Source of the DNA: Escherichia phage JLBYU28
Strand: one strand, 5' to 3'
Sequence record: OK272472.1
Length of the DNA stretch: 64,000 bases
In this document: positions 7,936 through 17,415 of the stretch, piece by piece
Numbering within the stretch: position 1 is the stretch's first letter
Layout of the letters: each line of letters starts with the position of its first letter
Notes under the pieces: model-generated
The model's input: the letters and a program-made list of their open reading frames with translations, nothing else
Database searches by the model: none
What the model was told of the DNA's origin: nothing
Made by a program: the position numbers and the translations under genes

Positions 7936-8721
7936 TTAGTTCTTTGCGTCTAAGAAGGTAACTTCCGGTGAAGAGAAGACCGTCTCGATATCCTCATCAG
8001 TTCTTGCATAGATATATGTATCTGCATCACTGCCAAATGTTACGGCTATCCTGTGATTGCTCTTCGACAGGTGGGTAACTAGAGCGTTACTCAGAGACAT
8101 CTTCTCAACCGGAGGGTTACTTTGATGTATCTTACCTTTTCTTCGTCTGAAGAGGGTAACTGTATCATCTGTGAACACAACTACACCTGCAAAGTATTCT
8201 GGTTCACAGTAGTTCTTCCAACCTGAGCGTAACTTGTGGTACATCTCTCCTTCATAGACATACAGATACACATCTACACTCTTCATCACCTGATTGATGA
8301 TAACTGTGACGGCTTGAGGGTCCAACCCACCAATACCTGCACCAATCATAGGTAACCCAACTTTCTTCAACTGATTGACTTCACAGTATCTGTTAAGCTG
8401 TTTCAAAGATGATTCTAAAGCACTGTATCGGGCATCTTTACCAGTCTTAAGCTGAGTGTAAAGATTAGCTATACGGCCTTGTTCTAAACGTGCTACAGAG
8501 AAATTGCCTAGTAAATTCTCACAGGGTTTGTGGCCTATACCACCTGCATACAGATAAACTTCTGTATCGGTCTCATATGCTTTTGGGTAAAGTTTAGAAA
8601 TCTTGTCAGCGATACCTGCACCCATTAAATTCATACAGTTGCAACCGTGACCAATAATATCAAACTTACCTTTATCAAATGCGGAGAAGATACCCCCATT
8701 GATGATTTTTACAATACCCAT
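7936..8721 (-). CDS. macro-domain protein (TARG1/Poa1-like ADP-ribose-processing domain) with C-terminal domain of unknown function
   Basis: N-terminal motifs IIGHGCNCMNLMGAGIA and PMIGAGIGGLDP match the macro-domain glycine-rich ADP-ribose binding loops. Confidence 0.6.
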   Translation of the reverse strand: MGIVKIINGGIFSAFDKGKFDIIGHGCNCMNLMGAGIADKISKLYPKAYETDTEVYLYAGGIGHKPCENLLGNFSVARLEQGRIANLYTQLKTGKDARYSALESSLKQLNRYCEVNQLKKVGLPMIGAGIGGLDPQAVTVIINQVMKSVDVYLYVYEGEMYHKLRSGWKNYCEPEYFAGVVVFTDDTVTLFRRRKGKIHQSNPPVEKMSLSNALVTHLSKSNHRIAVTFGSDADTYIYARTDEDIETVFSSPEVTFLDAKN

Positions 8722-8958
8722 TTAGCATCTCTCCCAAGATTCTTTATCTTCTGAAGGTTTTACACGCTGTCCTTCATGGTCTACCCAGATACATCCACAA
8801 CCTTCACAGATTACTGGTATTGCATAACCAGCTTTAAAGTCTTCTTCAGTGATGAGACCTTTTAAGTCACCTGTATCACGTCCGAACATTTCGATAGCAC
8901 AATCTTTGCAGAAATCAGCCATGAATAATTGCCTCTTGAATGATGATGCCTTCGCCAC
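8722..8958 (-). CDS. cysteine-rich small protein, possible zinc ribbon
   Basis: CKDC ... CEGCGC pattern. Confidence 0.45.
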   Translation of the reverse strand: MAKASSFKRQLFMADFCKDCAIEMFGRDTGDLKGLITEEDFKAGYAIPVICEGCGCIWVDHEGQRVKPSEDKESWERC

Positions 8959-9148
8959 AGCGACTTTTGAAATCTTCTAATGGTTCAGAGATGAAGCCAC
9001 GTAAACGGTCACTGAATTTACGTTTTAAACCCTTCTTATAAGTTAGCACATCTTCCCCTGCAAACGGTACGACTTCATCTCTCCCTATGAATACTGCTGA
9101 ACGTACAATCTTACGGGTCTTTTTATCTCTGGCTAGTATTACTTTCAT
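8915..9148 (-). CDS. hypothetical small protein (77 aa; start uncertain)
   Basis: ORF in track; overlaps neighbour by ~40 nt. Confidence 0.35.
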   Translation of the reverse strand: MKVILARDKKTRKIVRSAVFIGRDEVVPFAGEDVLTYKKGLKRKFSDRLRGFISEPLEDFKSRCGEGIIIQEAIIHG

Positions 9149-9449
9149 AGTTTACCTTCTCAGTTAGCTCATATAAATCAACATGCTCAATACTATCAAT
9201 GTTGATATCAATCTTTTTGAAGCGTTCTATCACTTCATTGTCAGTCATCCATATCAGACACCAATGATTCTGAATGGATTCTTCAAGAAGGTCAACACAA
9301 TCTTTAAAAGTTTTTGTATCACTTCTTGTTCCAACTACTGCGATTGTTCCATATAGCCACTTACCATTGCCATAAGACACTTGTGCTACGCCAACTTCTT
9401 TATCTTTCTCGTAGTAAACGGCTACAAATTCTCTTCCGTTAATCTGCAT
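9123..9449 (-). CDS. hypothetical protein (108 aa)
   Basis: ORF in track. Confidence 0.45.
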   Translation of the reverse strand: MQINGREFVAVYYEKDKEVGVAQVSYGNGKWLYGTIAVVGTRSDTKTFKDCVDLLEESIQNHWCLIWMTDNEVIERFKKIDINIDSIEHVDLYELTEKVNYESNTSQR

Positions 9450-9451
9450 AG

Positions 9452-9721
9452 TTACTTCCTCGTTTTGAGAACTGCTAAGATTTCTTTAGAGTCTGGTAAG
9501 AACCATGTGTAGTGATTCTCTTTGATTTCTGGATGAGTGTCAACCTTTATTTTGCAGTCTTTACCGACATGCTTAAGCTGTGCTGTGACACCCTGCATAA
9601 AGATATGACACATCACATTATCCATAATGGTTGGTATGAAGTCAATTCGCATATAAGTTTCTTTTGGTCGCGGTAACAGTAAGTGCCCTTCTACGTAAAA
9701 AGTATCTTCATTCTCTGTCAT
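9452..9721 (-). CDS. hypothetical protein (89 aa)
   Basis: ORF in track. Confidence 0.45.
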   Translation of the reverse strand: MTENEDTFYVEGHLLLPRPKETYMRIDFIPTIMDNVMCHIFMQGVTAQLKHVGKDCKIKVDTHPEIKENHYTWFLPDSKEILAVLKTRK

Positions 9722-9987
9722 TGCTGCTTATTTCCTAATAAAATCATGTCAATAAGGTTATTAGCTTTAATTGTACACTGGTAAAAGCCGTCACGGTAGA
9801 ACTCAAGTGCTGCTGCTACATCACTGCCTGTGTTGCCTTTGATGATATACCGTGATTCTTCTTGAGTGTACTTATCACTCTCACTTACTTGGGAGTTTTT
9901 GAATGTACTGTTCACTTTGTTCGTTGAACACCCTGACATAATTATCAGTAACACAAACATTATAAAACTCTGGCTTAGTTTTTTCAT
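9718..9987 (-). CDS. lipoprotein, putative o-spanin (Rz1-like)
   Basis: Signal peptide with lipobox-like IIMSGC; start lies inside the 3' end of the upstream membrane-protein gene. Confidence 0.4.
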   Translation of the reverse strand: MKKLSQSFIMFVLLIIMSGCSTNKVNSTFKNSQVSESDKYTQEESRYIIKGNTGSDVAAALEFYRDGFYQCTIKANNLIDMILLGNKQQ

Positions 9988-10228
9988 ATGTTAGTACCTC
10001 TTTTGTGTGCTTATTCTTAGCAAGCACATCTTTCAAATCATTTTTGTAATTGGTGCTCAGTGTGACTAAACCTTCCTGATAAGCATCTTTAGCAACACTT
10101 ATTAGTTTCTCATTATTTAGCTCAGCTTCAGCAACTTGATAGTCTCTGTAAGAGTATCCTCCCCAGACACCTGCTCCAACTAAGAAAACAATTATGAAAG
10201 TAGCTTGACAAAACTCTTTAAATGTCAT
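9881..10228 (-). CDS. type II membrane protein, putative i-spanin (Rz-like)
   Basis: N-terminal TM helix FIIVFLVGAGVWGG then predicted helical periplasmic part; overlaps lipoprotein gene by 107 nt. Confidence 0.4.
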   Translation of the reverse strand: MTFKEFCQATFIIVFLVGAGVWGGYSYRDYQVAEAELNNEKLISVAKDAYQEGLVTLSTNYKNDLKDVLAKNKHTKEVLTYEKTKPEFYNVCVTDNYVRVFNEQSEQYIQKLPSK

Positions 10229-10240
10229 TTAACAATCTCC

Positions 10241-10270
10241 TGAAATGAAAAAGGCTCCCGAAGGAGCCTG
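10241..10270 (-). terminator. rho-independent terminator (GGCTCC-TTCG-GGAGCC + U-run on minus strand)
   Basis: Perfect 6-bp GC stem with tetraloop followed by TTTTT. Confidence 0.7.
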
Positions 10271-10274
10271 TGTA

Positions 10275-11087
10275 TTATTCTTGACTGTAATAGTTGACAA
10301 GTGAAATCGCTTGATTCATCAACAACTTATCAGCCTGTGCTCCGCGACCAGCTTGTAATGCCAGTTGGTATACCTCTGTAACATATTTGTTAGACATACC
10401 TTCACAGTAGTCATTATAGTCTTCCCAAAAGGAAAATGCAGCATCACCATATAGGCGTAGTGTAATTAACATTGCTGCACGAATCCCAGAAGAATATTTT
10501 CGTTTTGCGTTTACTACACCTTTAAGCTGTACTTCAAGAGAATCAATTTGTTCCAGCTCATTTTTAAAGTCATTAAGATATTTAACTGTTTCAGTGTTAG
10601 AGACCTGTTGTACACCGTAGTATGCAGCAACATATTTAATAGCAGTTGCCCAAGATGCTTTCATCAGTTCTGACTCTGGGTTGAAAGAAATCATCTTCAT
10701 ATTCCCGTAATAAACTTCTGAAGGTTTTTCTCTTGCTAACTCAGAGTCAAAATGAGTGTACAAATCTGTGACATCCAATATAGAATTCACATGGTATATA
10801 ACTGCAATCAAGTTCTCTGGTCGTGTCAGATTACCAACTTTCCATGCCTCTCGACGTGAGTGCCCATCAATGATGAACAGTGAACTGCCAAACTTAGCTA
10901 CATGGACTACTGTTTGGTCTGGTGATACGTCACCATTAAGGTGTTTGCTTTTCAGACGCTTAAGTGTATTTCGTTGACGAGGGTTTTCTTTGTAACGTTT
11001 TTCATTAAGAAAATCCTCGACACTGATAATCTTAGTGTGAATTTTAACAACCTTGCCATTCAGTGCTACATTGATGCTGTTTGCCAT
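10275..11087 (-). CDS. ParB-like nuclease-domain protein
   Basis: Motif FIIDGHSRREAW resembles the ParB/Srx-fold GxxR box. Confidence 0.45.
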   Translation of the reverse strand: MANSINVALNGKVVKIHTKIISVEDFLNEKRYKENPRQRNTLKRLKSKHLNGDVSPDQTVVHVAKFGSSLFIIDGHSRREAWKVGNLTRPENLIAVIYHVNSILDVTDLYTHFDSELAREKPSEVYYGNMKMISFNPESELMKASWATAIKYVAAYYGVQQVSNTETVKYLNDFKNELEQIDSLEVQLKGVVNAKRKYSSGIRAAMLITLRLYGDAAFSFWEDYNDYCEGMSNKYVTEVYQLALQAGRGAQADKLLMNQAISLVNYYSQE

Positions 11088-11098
11088 AACTTGATACC

Positions 11099-11983
11099 TT
11101 AGTTGTGAATAATTACTTCGTTAATATCTTTGCTTCTCTGTGCATGTATTGTGTATGAATGACTAACCTCTGTCAAGTTAAAATTTTCAGGAATTAGGTT
11201 TGCCCATCCATCCCACTGAGAGTTTGACATCAAAACTTTAGAGCCTAACTCCCCCCAAGAAATCATATCTTCACATAATTTTACAGACATCTCAATGTCA
11301 AACTTTGCACCATATTTCTGGTTGGTATTGATATACGGGGGGTCACAGTAAATAACTGTGCCTTCTCCATGTTTTATGTCAACCCTGTTATAAGGTTCAC
11401 TGCTAAGTATTACCCTTTCATCGGTGATAAAACTGTAGAACTCAGACAGTGACTCCTTAGTTTTTGTGAAGAAAATCTCTTCTTCCAGCAAATACCCGCA
11501 AGGTGTTGCATAGTGACCTTTCATCTCTTTAGTAGTCTGCCATACACCACCAAAACTTAGTTTTTGAAGGAAAAACTGTCTGGCATAGTACCTGTAGTCA
11601 TATGCTCCTTCTTCACCAAGCAAAAGAAGTTCCTCTCTTACACTGTAATACATCTTATAGCGTAGACGGTTATGACGCTGGCCTTTCACGGCATACTCTT
11701 CCTGCATAGGTAAGGCTAAGTACCTCTTTGACAAGTACTCAAATTCTTCCATGAAGTTTTCATAGTCATCTCTGAAAGTTGTGTAAAGACCTATAATATG
11801 TTTATTTATCTCATTAATAAACACTTTTGCCTCTGGGTATCTGTTATAAGCCCAGATAGCTACTGAACCACCACCTGAAAACAGGTCATAGAAGTTTGTA
11901 CAGTTGTCTGGAAAGACACCTAAACGCTCATACTCTTTTAATATTCTTGTTTTACCACCAAGATATTTGAACATCGGCTTCAT
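11099..11983 (-). CDS. dam: DNA N6-adenine methyltransferase (Dam-like)
   Basis: Motif I FKYLGGK...DLFSGGGS and catalytic DPPY (IYCDPPYINT). Confidence 0.8.
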   Translation of the reverse strand: MKPMFKYLGGKTRILKEYERLGVFPDNCTNFYDLFSGGGSVAIWAYNRYPEAKVFINEINKHIIGLYTTFRDDYENFMEEFEYLSKRYLALPMQEEYAVKGQRHNRLRYKMYYSVREELLLLGEEGAYDYRYYARQFFLQKLSFGGVWQTTKEMKGHYATPCGYLLEEEIFFTKTKESLSEFYSFITDERVILSSEPYNRVDIKHGEGTVIYCDPPYINTNQKYGAKFDIEMSVKLCEDMISWGELGSKVLMSNSQWDGWANLIPENFNLTEVSHSYTIHAQRSKDINEVIIHN

Positions 11984-12000
11984 TAATACTCCTTGAAATT

Positions 12001-12027
12001 TAAAAAGGCTCCCGAAGGAGCCTGTAT
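12001..12027 (-). terminator. rho-independent terminator (GGCTCC-TTCG-GGAGCC + U-run)
   Basis: Same hairpin as at 10253-10268; followed by TTTTTAATTT on minus strand. Confidence 0.7.
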
Positions 12028-12034
12028 CTTAACC

Positions 12035-12499
12035 TTAACCGAGGACTTTAGCAAGGACATTTGCAGCCATCGAAGAAGCTTTTGCAGCAGCAGCTACACC
12101 AACTTTGACAGTGCTATCCTTGATAGCAGATACCGTTGCAGCATCAGTAAAGAGATAAGTAGTTGTTTTAGAACCACTTGTAAAGGAAAGCATGAGAGCA
12201 GTTTCCAGATTGAAAGAGCGATACGGAGCACCTTCTTTAACGATACCTTCAGCACCTAATTCTGAGGCCATCCCCATATCATAGATAGTCATCAGGTTTT
12301 CTTTGTGTGCAGTCGTTGAACCAGAACCTTTGACGTGTTTCTTAACATTCAAAAGAGCACGATACTCTCGGATGTTGCCGTCTGCTTTTACATTGACAGC
12401 ACGGAAGATTTTACCCTCAAAGTTGCTCTTGATAATGTTACGAACTACTTCAGATTTGTTTGCCGTAACGTCCAGTGCTACCGTAATTATATTGTTCAT
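12035..12499 (-). CDS. hypothetical protein (154 aa)
   Basis: ORF in track; terminator directly downstream. Confidence 0.5.
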   Translation of the reverse strand: MNNIITVALDVTANKSEVVRNIIKSNFEGKIFRAVNVKADGNIREYRALLNVKKHVKGSGSTTAHKENLMTIYDMGMASELGAEGIVKEGAPYRSFNLETALMLSFTSGSKTTTYLFTDAATVSAIKDSTVKVGVAAAAKASSMAANVLAKVLG

Positions 12500-12509
12500 A
12501 AGTTTTCTC

Positions 12510-13205
12510 TCAATGTTTAACTAACATGGTTTTGATGTGTGGAAGGATTCTGTTTACCTTCTGAACATTCTTCTCTGTATCTTCTATAAAACATACTATA
12601 TTAAAGTAAGGAAGAATGCAAGACTGAATCATCCTAACCTTTAAACTTTCTGCACTTAGAGAATTTGTTCCAAAGCCACGCATAAAAAGCAAGTAATCAT
12701 GTTCTATATTGTGTCTTAAAAACATCTCAGTGGGTATTCTCTGAGTTTCACCTCTTGCTGTCAAGAGTCCGATAGCAGCATGATTAGCAATTGCATCAAT
12801 GATATTGAAAATATATGTTGGTTTTGCTCTTACAGAGTCAAGAAGATTAGTGTACTGTGAAAATGACCCGTCAGTCAACTCTGTTGAGTAATCTTCGTGA
12901 TTAAAATTTGTAAGAACTCCATCAATATCTGCTAAGATGAGGTTACCTTTTTCTACAAGGTCTTTGTTAACTATGACTAGGCTATCACGTCTTACACCTA
13001 TAGATTGTCCGGTCTCTTTGTCCATAACGTTCACAATTGGCTCTGGTGTATGGAACTCTTCAAGTGAACATACAACTTCTCTTGCAGTATCTTCAAAGTC
13101 TCTACACTGCTCTGGAGTCCATATGCCAGAATCAAGACCTAATTCATGGGGATGCAAGTCATAAGCATGGCACAGTACGTCATCAAACTTTCTTAATTTT
13201 TTCAT
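12510..13205 (-). CDS. HAD-superfamily phosphatase-like protein (possible nucleotidase or polynucleotide phosphatase)
   Basis: HAD motif I LADIDGVLTNF and motif II-like GLLTARGE. Confidence 0.45.
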   Translation of the reverse strand: MKKLRKFDDVLCHAYDLHPHELGLDSGIWTPEQCRDFEDTAREVVCSLEEFHTPEPIVNVMDKETGQSIGVRRDSLVIVNKDLVEKGNLILADIDGVLTNFNHEDYSTELTDGSFSQYTNLLDSVRAKPTYIFNIIDAIANHAAIGLLTARGETQRIPTEMFLRHNIEHDYLLFMRGFGTNSLSAESLKVRMIQSCILPYFNIVCFIEDTEKNVQKVNRILPHIKTMLVKH

Positions 13206-13731
13206 GGTTTACCTTAGAAATGTTTGTTGCAAATTCACATTGAGCAATAACTTTCATGTTGTTATAGACATCTTGAGAATACTTCTTAGCTTTAGGGATT
13301 TTGTACGAATACCCAGCATTATATGATGCTAAAACTTTTTGTAAAGTCTTCTTTGACTTTGGCTGACCATGCACCTTTGTCCAAAACTCAAGCTCTTTGT
13401 GAGTTTCCTTCGCAGCATAGTCAAAGTCTTTTAAGAGTTTCTTTTTAGCCACATTAGGACTGATTTTGTTACGCTTTACAACAGTCTTCAAGTGATTCTG
13501 GAAGATACCATAGTCATGGGTCTTTTTATTCTCCATATTCAGACCTAACTCTGACTCTTGTAAGGCTATAGCAGCTAGAGTGATACCCCAACCTTTACCC
13601 ATATTATTCTCACCATACTGGTAAGCTTTTAACATGTTTACTTTTTGGCTAATTGATAGCTCTGGGCAGTCAACCGCATAAGATAAGTGTGCTGTAAACA
13701 TTAAGCACAAACCTAGAATCAATTTCTTCAT
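13183..13731 (-). CDS. secreted lytic transglycosylase (SLT domain), candidate endolysin or cell-wall hydrolase
   Basis: Signal peptide MKKLILGLCLMFTAHLSYA; SLT-like motifs ALQESELG and YGIFQ. Confidence 0.5.
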   Translation of the reverse strand: MKKLILGLCLMFTAHLSYAVDCPELSISQKVNMLKAYQYGENNMGKGWGITLAAIALQESELGLNMENKKTHDYGIFQNHLKTVVKRNKISPNVAKKKLLKDFDYAAKETHKELEFWTKVHGQPKSKKTLQKVLASYNAGYSYKIPKAKKYSQDVYNNMKVIAQCEFATNISKVNHEKIKKV

Positions 13732-13794
13732 TGGTTCTCCTGTTTAGTTTATCGTGACAACAATTATACAGCACTCTGCACAAAATACAAATAA

Positions 13795-13818
13795 AAAAGG
13801 CCGCCGAAGCAGCCTTTT
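13795..13818 (-). terminator. rho-independent terminator downstream of rIIB-like gene
   Basis: Minus-strand GGCTGC-TTCG-GCGGCC stem (one G-U) followed by TTTTTT. Confidence 0.6.
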
Positions 13819-13831
13819 AAGAAATTACTTA

Positions 13832-14941
13832 TTAGATTTCACGCTTACGTTGGGAGATAAGTTCTCCAGCAGTACCGACGATGACATGTAAAGCTTCAGT
13901 CTTGCCATCCCATGCTTTCAGCACTTTACGTTGATTATCAACGATTGCTGCAACTTCATAACGAGACGAACGCATCTTCATATCGTTGTAATCAGTTGGA
14001 ACAGATACAACATCTCGTGGATGGACACGAACCTTCAGGATTGTATCACCTGAGAAGCAACGAACATAATCCCAAGCACCAACATGAAGACCTTGAGAGC
14101 AAGTCACGTTACGGTTGTTATCAACCATCCAACGTGGCATTTCTACAATGTTACCCAAATCATTAGGTACTTTGTAGGTGTGGGAGTCAACCAGCTTGCC
14201 TTCACGAGTAGAGACTTTCTTCCAACCAATGATGTAGCCTTCTTCATCAATTTCAACATCAAGGTGAGATACGAAGCCCCAAAGTTGTTCTACAGAGTCT
14301 TTAGATGGGTTTTCCATCAGTTTTTCGAAGAACATCACAAGGTGTTCAAAACCCTTATCTCCAGTCTTCATCATGTGAAGAATACGGTCAACCAGAGTAG
14401 AACGCATCTCAACAGCACCGTAGAATAACTTGTCACCTTTGATGGTGATAGCACCCTGAGTGAAGTTTTCGATAGATTTACGAATGTTCATCAGTTCGAA
14501 AGCTTTCTTGTACTCACCGGATACAACAGCCATCACGATTTCTTTGTAGTTCGGATGGGTAGATTCAACGATTTCAGAATCTGCACCAAAAGTCATGATA
14601 ACAGAGTCGCCAGTAATCATGTACTCAATCTGGTCACCATTCTGCATAGCTTCATGCAGTTTATTTACTGGAGCCTTTTGTACAGGCTCTTTAACGACCT
14701 TTTCAACTGGTTTGCCAGCTTTCTTTTTAACTGATTTAGCAACTTGCTTCAAAGTCTTCGTAGCTGGTTTAGAAGCTACCTTTTTCTTGCCTTTTAAGGT
14801 TGCTTCATGACGCTCTACAGCACGACCAACTGAACGGGTTGAAGTATTGAACTTCTGTGCAATCGCTGTTTTAGTCAGCTTACCTTCTTTAACCAGTTCG
14901 TAAATTTCTGCGTCAATCTGTGCTTTAGTTTTAGTAGTCAT
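13832..14941 (-). CDS. rIIB: rIIB-like protein
   Basis: Immediately downstream of the rIIA-like gene; N-terminal HTH-like region and Lys-rich linker; assignment by synteny and size. Confidence 0.5.
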   Translation of the reverse strand: MTTKTKAQIDAEIYELVKEGKLTKTAIAQKFNTSTRSVGRAVERHEATLKGKKKVASKPATKTLKQVAKSVKKKAGKPVEKVVKEPVQKAPVNKLHEAMQNGDQIEYMITGDSVIMTFGADSEIVESTHPNYKEIVMAVVSGEYKKAFELMNIRKSIENFTQGAITIKGDKLFYGAVEMRSTLVDRILHMMKTGDKGFEHLVMFFEKLMENPSKDSVEQLWGFVSHLDVEIDEEGYIIGWKKVSTREGKLVDSHTYKVPNDLGNIVEMPRWMVDNNRNVTCSQGLHVGAWDYVRCFSGDTILKVRVHPRDVVSVPTDYNDMKMRSSRYEVAAIVDNQRKVLKAWDGKTEALHVIVGTAGELISQRKREI

Positions 14942-15020
14942 CTTATTACTCTCTCTTGTTAGTTAATAAATCATTTTGTAAGGCTATTCTAAGGGGCTTC
15001 AAAGCCCCTTGTCAAACACT

Positions 15021-17387
15021 TTAATCGTAAATTGTAGTCCCTTCTGGAACACACTTCACATCAAAGCCTAAGAACTTACTCACTTCGATGGGTGACACTT
15101 TATTCCAATCTAAATGAGAAAGCAAGAAGTTTTCTTGTTTTCTTTTTGAAAGGTAGTTTGTCACCTTGATGACCATACGGTCACCAGCTTTCTTAATTTT
15201 CTTGTACAGCTTTGTATCATTATCAAGACATCTTTTTAAATCTTGCAACACACTAATAGTGTAAGTGTATGCAAAAGGTGCAGCAACGTATTGGATTTTA
15301 CCAAACATTGCCTCTACAGCATCTTCATTACCTTCTAAGAAGATAGTTTTGTTTGTATCCCGCGAATAACAATAGCCACGAGAAATCTTCCTGTTATTGA
15401 ACGTAAAGTTTCTGGCAATAATCCAACTGCTTGTAAGGTCGAGGACACCATTCATATAGATACGTGTCATATACCTGTTATGATTAATCCAATGAACATC
15501 AGTTAAGCTGTCGTTCAAGAGTTTCTCATCTACTTCAATCCAGTCTTCTGGTATCTTTTTCCAATTTGCTTTTCGGAAAACATAGACTGTCTTACCTGTA
15601 ACATTAGCAACTGACTTAGCTACATCTTCTGGAGATGAGCAAAAACATTCACCATCAACTGTGTCACCGACTGCCTTAATATAAAGCTGAGGCTCTTCAA
15701 TCGTATCTAAGTCTTCTGACACATCTATGTATGAAGCTACACCTTCTGCTGGAACAGCTTTCCAAAGTTTTACAACACCTCTTACAGCTTCTTTACGCTG
15801 ATAATGGTGTTCCTTATCAGACATTTTCACAATCTTTAACAAGCTTTTATCAAGTTTGTGCAGATTGATTAAGTCATCTAGCTCTTCCTCATTAGAGAAT
15901 ACAAAGACGATACCATTGTATCTGTGAAACAGACTTGACTCGCTGGCATAGTCTCGACATGCACCACGCAGAATCTGATTGCGTCCTACAGTCTTCTCAG
16001 TTCCGTTTTTATTGCGACGGTCATTAATCACGAACAAAAACTGTTCAATTTGGCTTTTACGCATTGCACCAAAGATATTGAACATACTTGCCTCTTGAGT
16101 GTAGGAAAGTGCTGTTGCACGAATCTTACTCTCTAAAGAGTTGAACTTAACATAAGCAACTGGATTGTATAGGTAATCTACTTTAGGGATATTATTCCCG
16201 TTCCTATCAACCTTAATATTACCTTTGCCGTCACGTTCATAGATGACTGAGCCGTCTTCTGCGTAGATAATCCCACGACGAATGTTTAGTAATTCTTCTT
16301 CCAGAGAATCAAGCTTAACGCCTCCCCACTCTAGCTTTGGACACACAGCATTAAACATTTCTCGTGAGTTCAAACGTAACTCAGCATAAGCCTGTGCAGC
16401 ATCCATGAGTGTAGGTTGGCTATTAACTTTCTTGATAACATCTTTTGTAATTGCTTCAGTTATCTTTTTAGTAGCCTCGATGATAACATTTTTTGTCGTG
16501 TCATTCATCTGCAATGCTTCACGAGAAGCTGCAATAGCAACTGAACCAATAGGCATGTAGATGTTTACAAGGTCTACGCTCCTACGGAAAAATTCTGGCA
16601 AGACTTTGAAGAAATCATCACCAAGTAATGCTTCCATGTTAACTGGATAGGCAATATTACCCATCACCACATTAAATTCTGTCCTGTTACTACTAGAGCG
16701 CCAGCTTTGCTTATGAATCATGGCATCATAAACACCTTCTTCACGGGCAATGACGTTCATATCTGCTAATACATCGTCATACTCGATATTGCTTTCTGGT
16801 TTTACAGCAAAGTATGAATATACGTGACCCGCTTCTTCAAAGAACTTTGAGATACGGTGGTCAGCAACTGCTACACGTACAGCTAAACCATTAGGCTCTT
16901 TTGTTGGGTTAGTGGTAAGCTTAGTTACTTGAGGGATACCATTCTCAAGATAAACAGAGTACTTATTAACAACACCGTCAACATAGCTAGACACTGTGAA
17001 TGACTGAGCAATTGCAAATGGAGATTTTGAGCCGATACCCATTGCACCAATGTAGTCATTAGAGTCATTCTTCGTAGAAGCCCCGTAGTTCAGATACAAA
17101 CTCATAACTTTATCATGAGTCAGTCCAGTTCCAAAATCACGAACTTCGAAGTAAGGCTCAAAACGAGTAGGTAAATGCACATGGAATGGGATGTTCTCTT
17201 TTCCAGCTTCTTTCTGAGCATCTACTGCGTTACATGACAGTTCACGAATCACTGCTCGCTCTTTAAACGTGTATACACCAGAACTCAAAAGGCTGAACAT
17301 TTCAGGTGTCATTGTAATCTGTGCTTGAGATGTCTCTAAAGAAGTTGAACTCTTAATCACTTCTGCGTGGTCATTTACCATGCGCAT
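15021..17387 (-). CDS. rIIA: rIIA-like protein with GHKL/histidine-kinase-like ATPase domain
   Basis: N box IRELSCNAVDA, G1 box RDFGTGL, G2 box GAMGIGSKSPF; ~790 aa. Confidence 0.7.
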   Translation of the reverse strand: MRMVNDHAEVIKSSTSLETSQAQITMTPEMFSLLSSGVYTFKERAVIRELSCNAVDAQKEAGKENIPFHVHLPTRFEPYFEVRDFGTGLTHDKVMSLYLNYGASTKNDSNDYIGAMGIGSKSPFAIAQSFTVSSYVDGVVNKYSVYLENGIPQVTKLTTNPTKEPNGLAVRVAVADHRISKFFEEAGHVYSYFAVKPESNIEYDDVLADMNVIAREEGVYDAMIHKQSWRSSSNRTEFNVVMGNIAYPVNMEALLGDDFFKVLPEFFRRSVDLVNIYMPIGSVAIAASREALQMNDTTKNVIIEATKKITEAITKDVIKKVNSQPTLMDAAQAYAELRLNSREMFNAVCPKLEWGGVKLDSLEEELLNIRRGIIYAEDGSVIYERDGKGNIKVDRNGNNIPKVDYLYNPVAYVKFNSLESKIRATALSYTQEASMFNIFGAMRKSQIEQFLFVINDRRNKNGTEKTVGRNQILRGACRDYASESSLFHRYNGIVFVFSNEEELDDLINLHKLDKSLLKIVKMSDKEHHYQRKEAVRGVVKLWKAVPAEGVASYIDVSEDLDTIEEPQLYIKAVGDTVDGECFCSSPEDVAKSVANVTGKTVYVFRKANWKKIPEDWIEVDEKLLNDSLTDVHWINHNRYMTRIYMNGVLDLTSSWIIARNFTFNNRKISRGYCYSRDTNKTIFLEGNEDAVEAMFGKIQYVAAPFAYTYTISVLQDLKRCLDNDTKLYKKIKKAGDRMVIKVTNYLSKRKQENFLLSHLDWNKVSPIEVSKFLGFDVKCVPEGTTIYD

Positions 17388-17415
17388 AATACTTTCCTCT
17401 TAGTTTACTGTTAAA

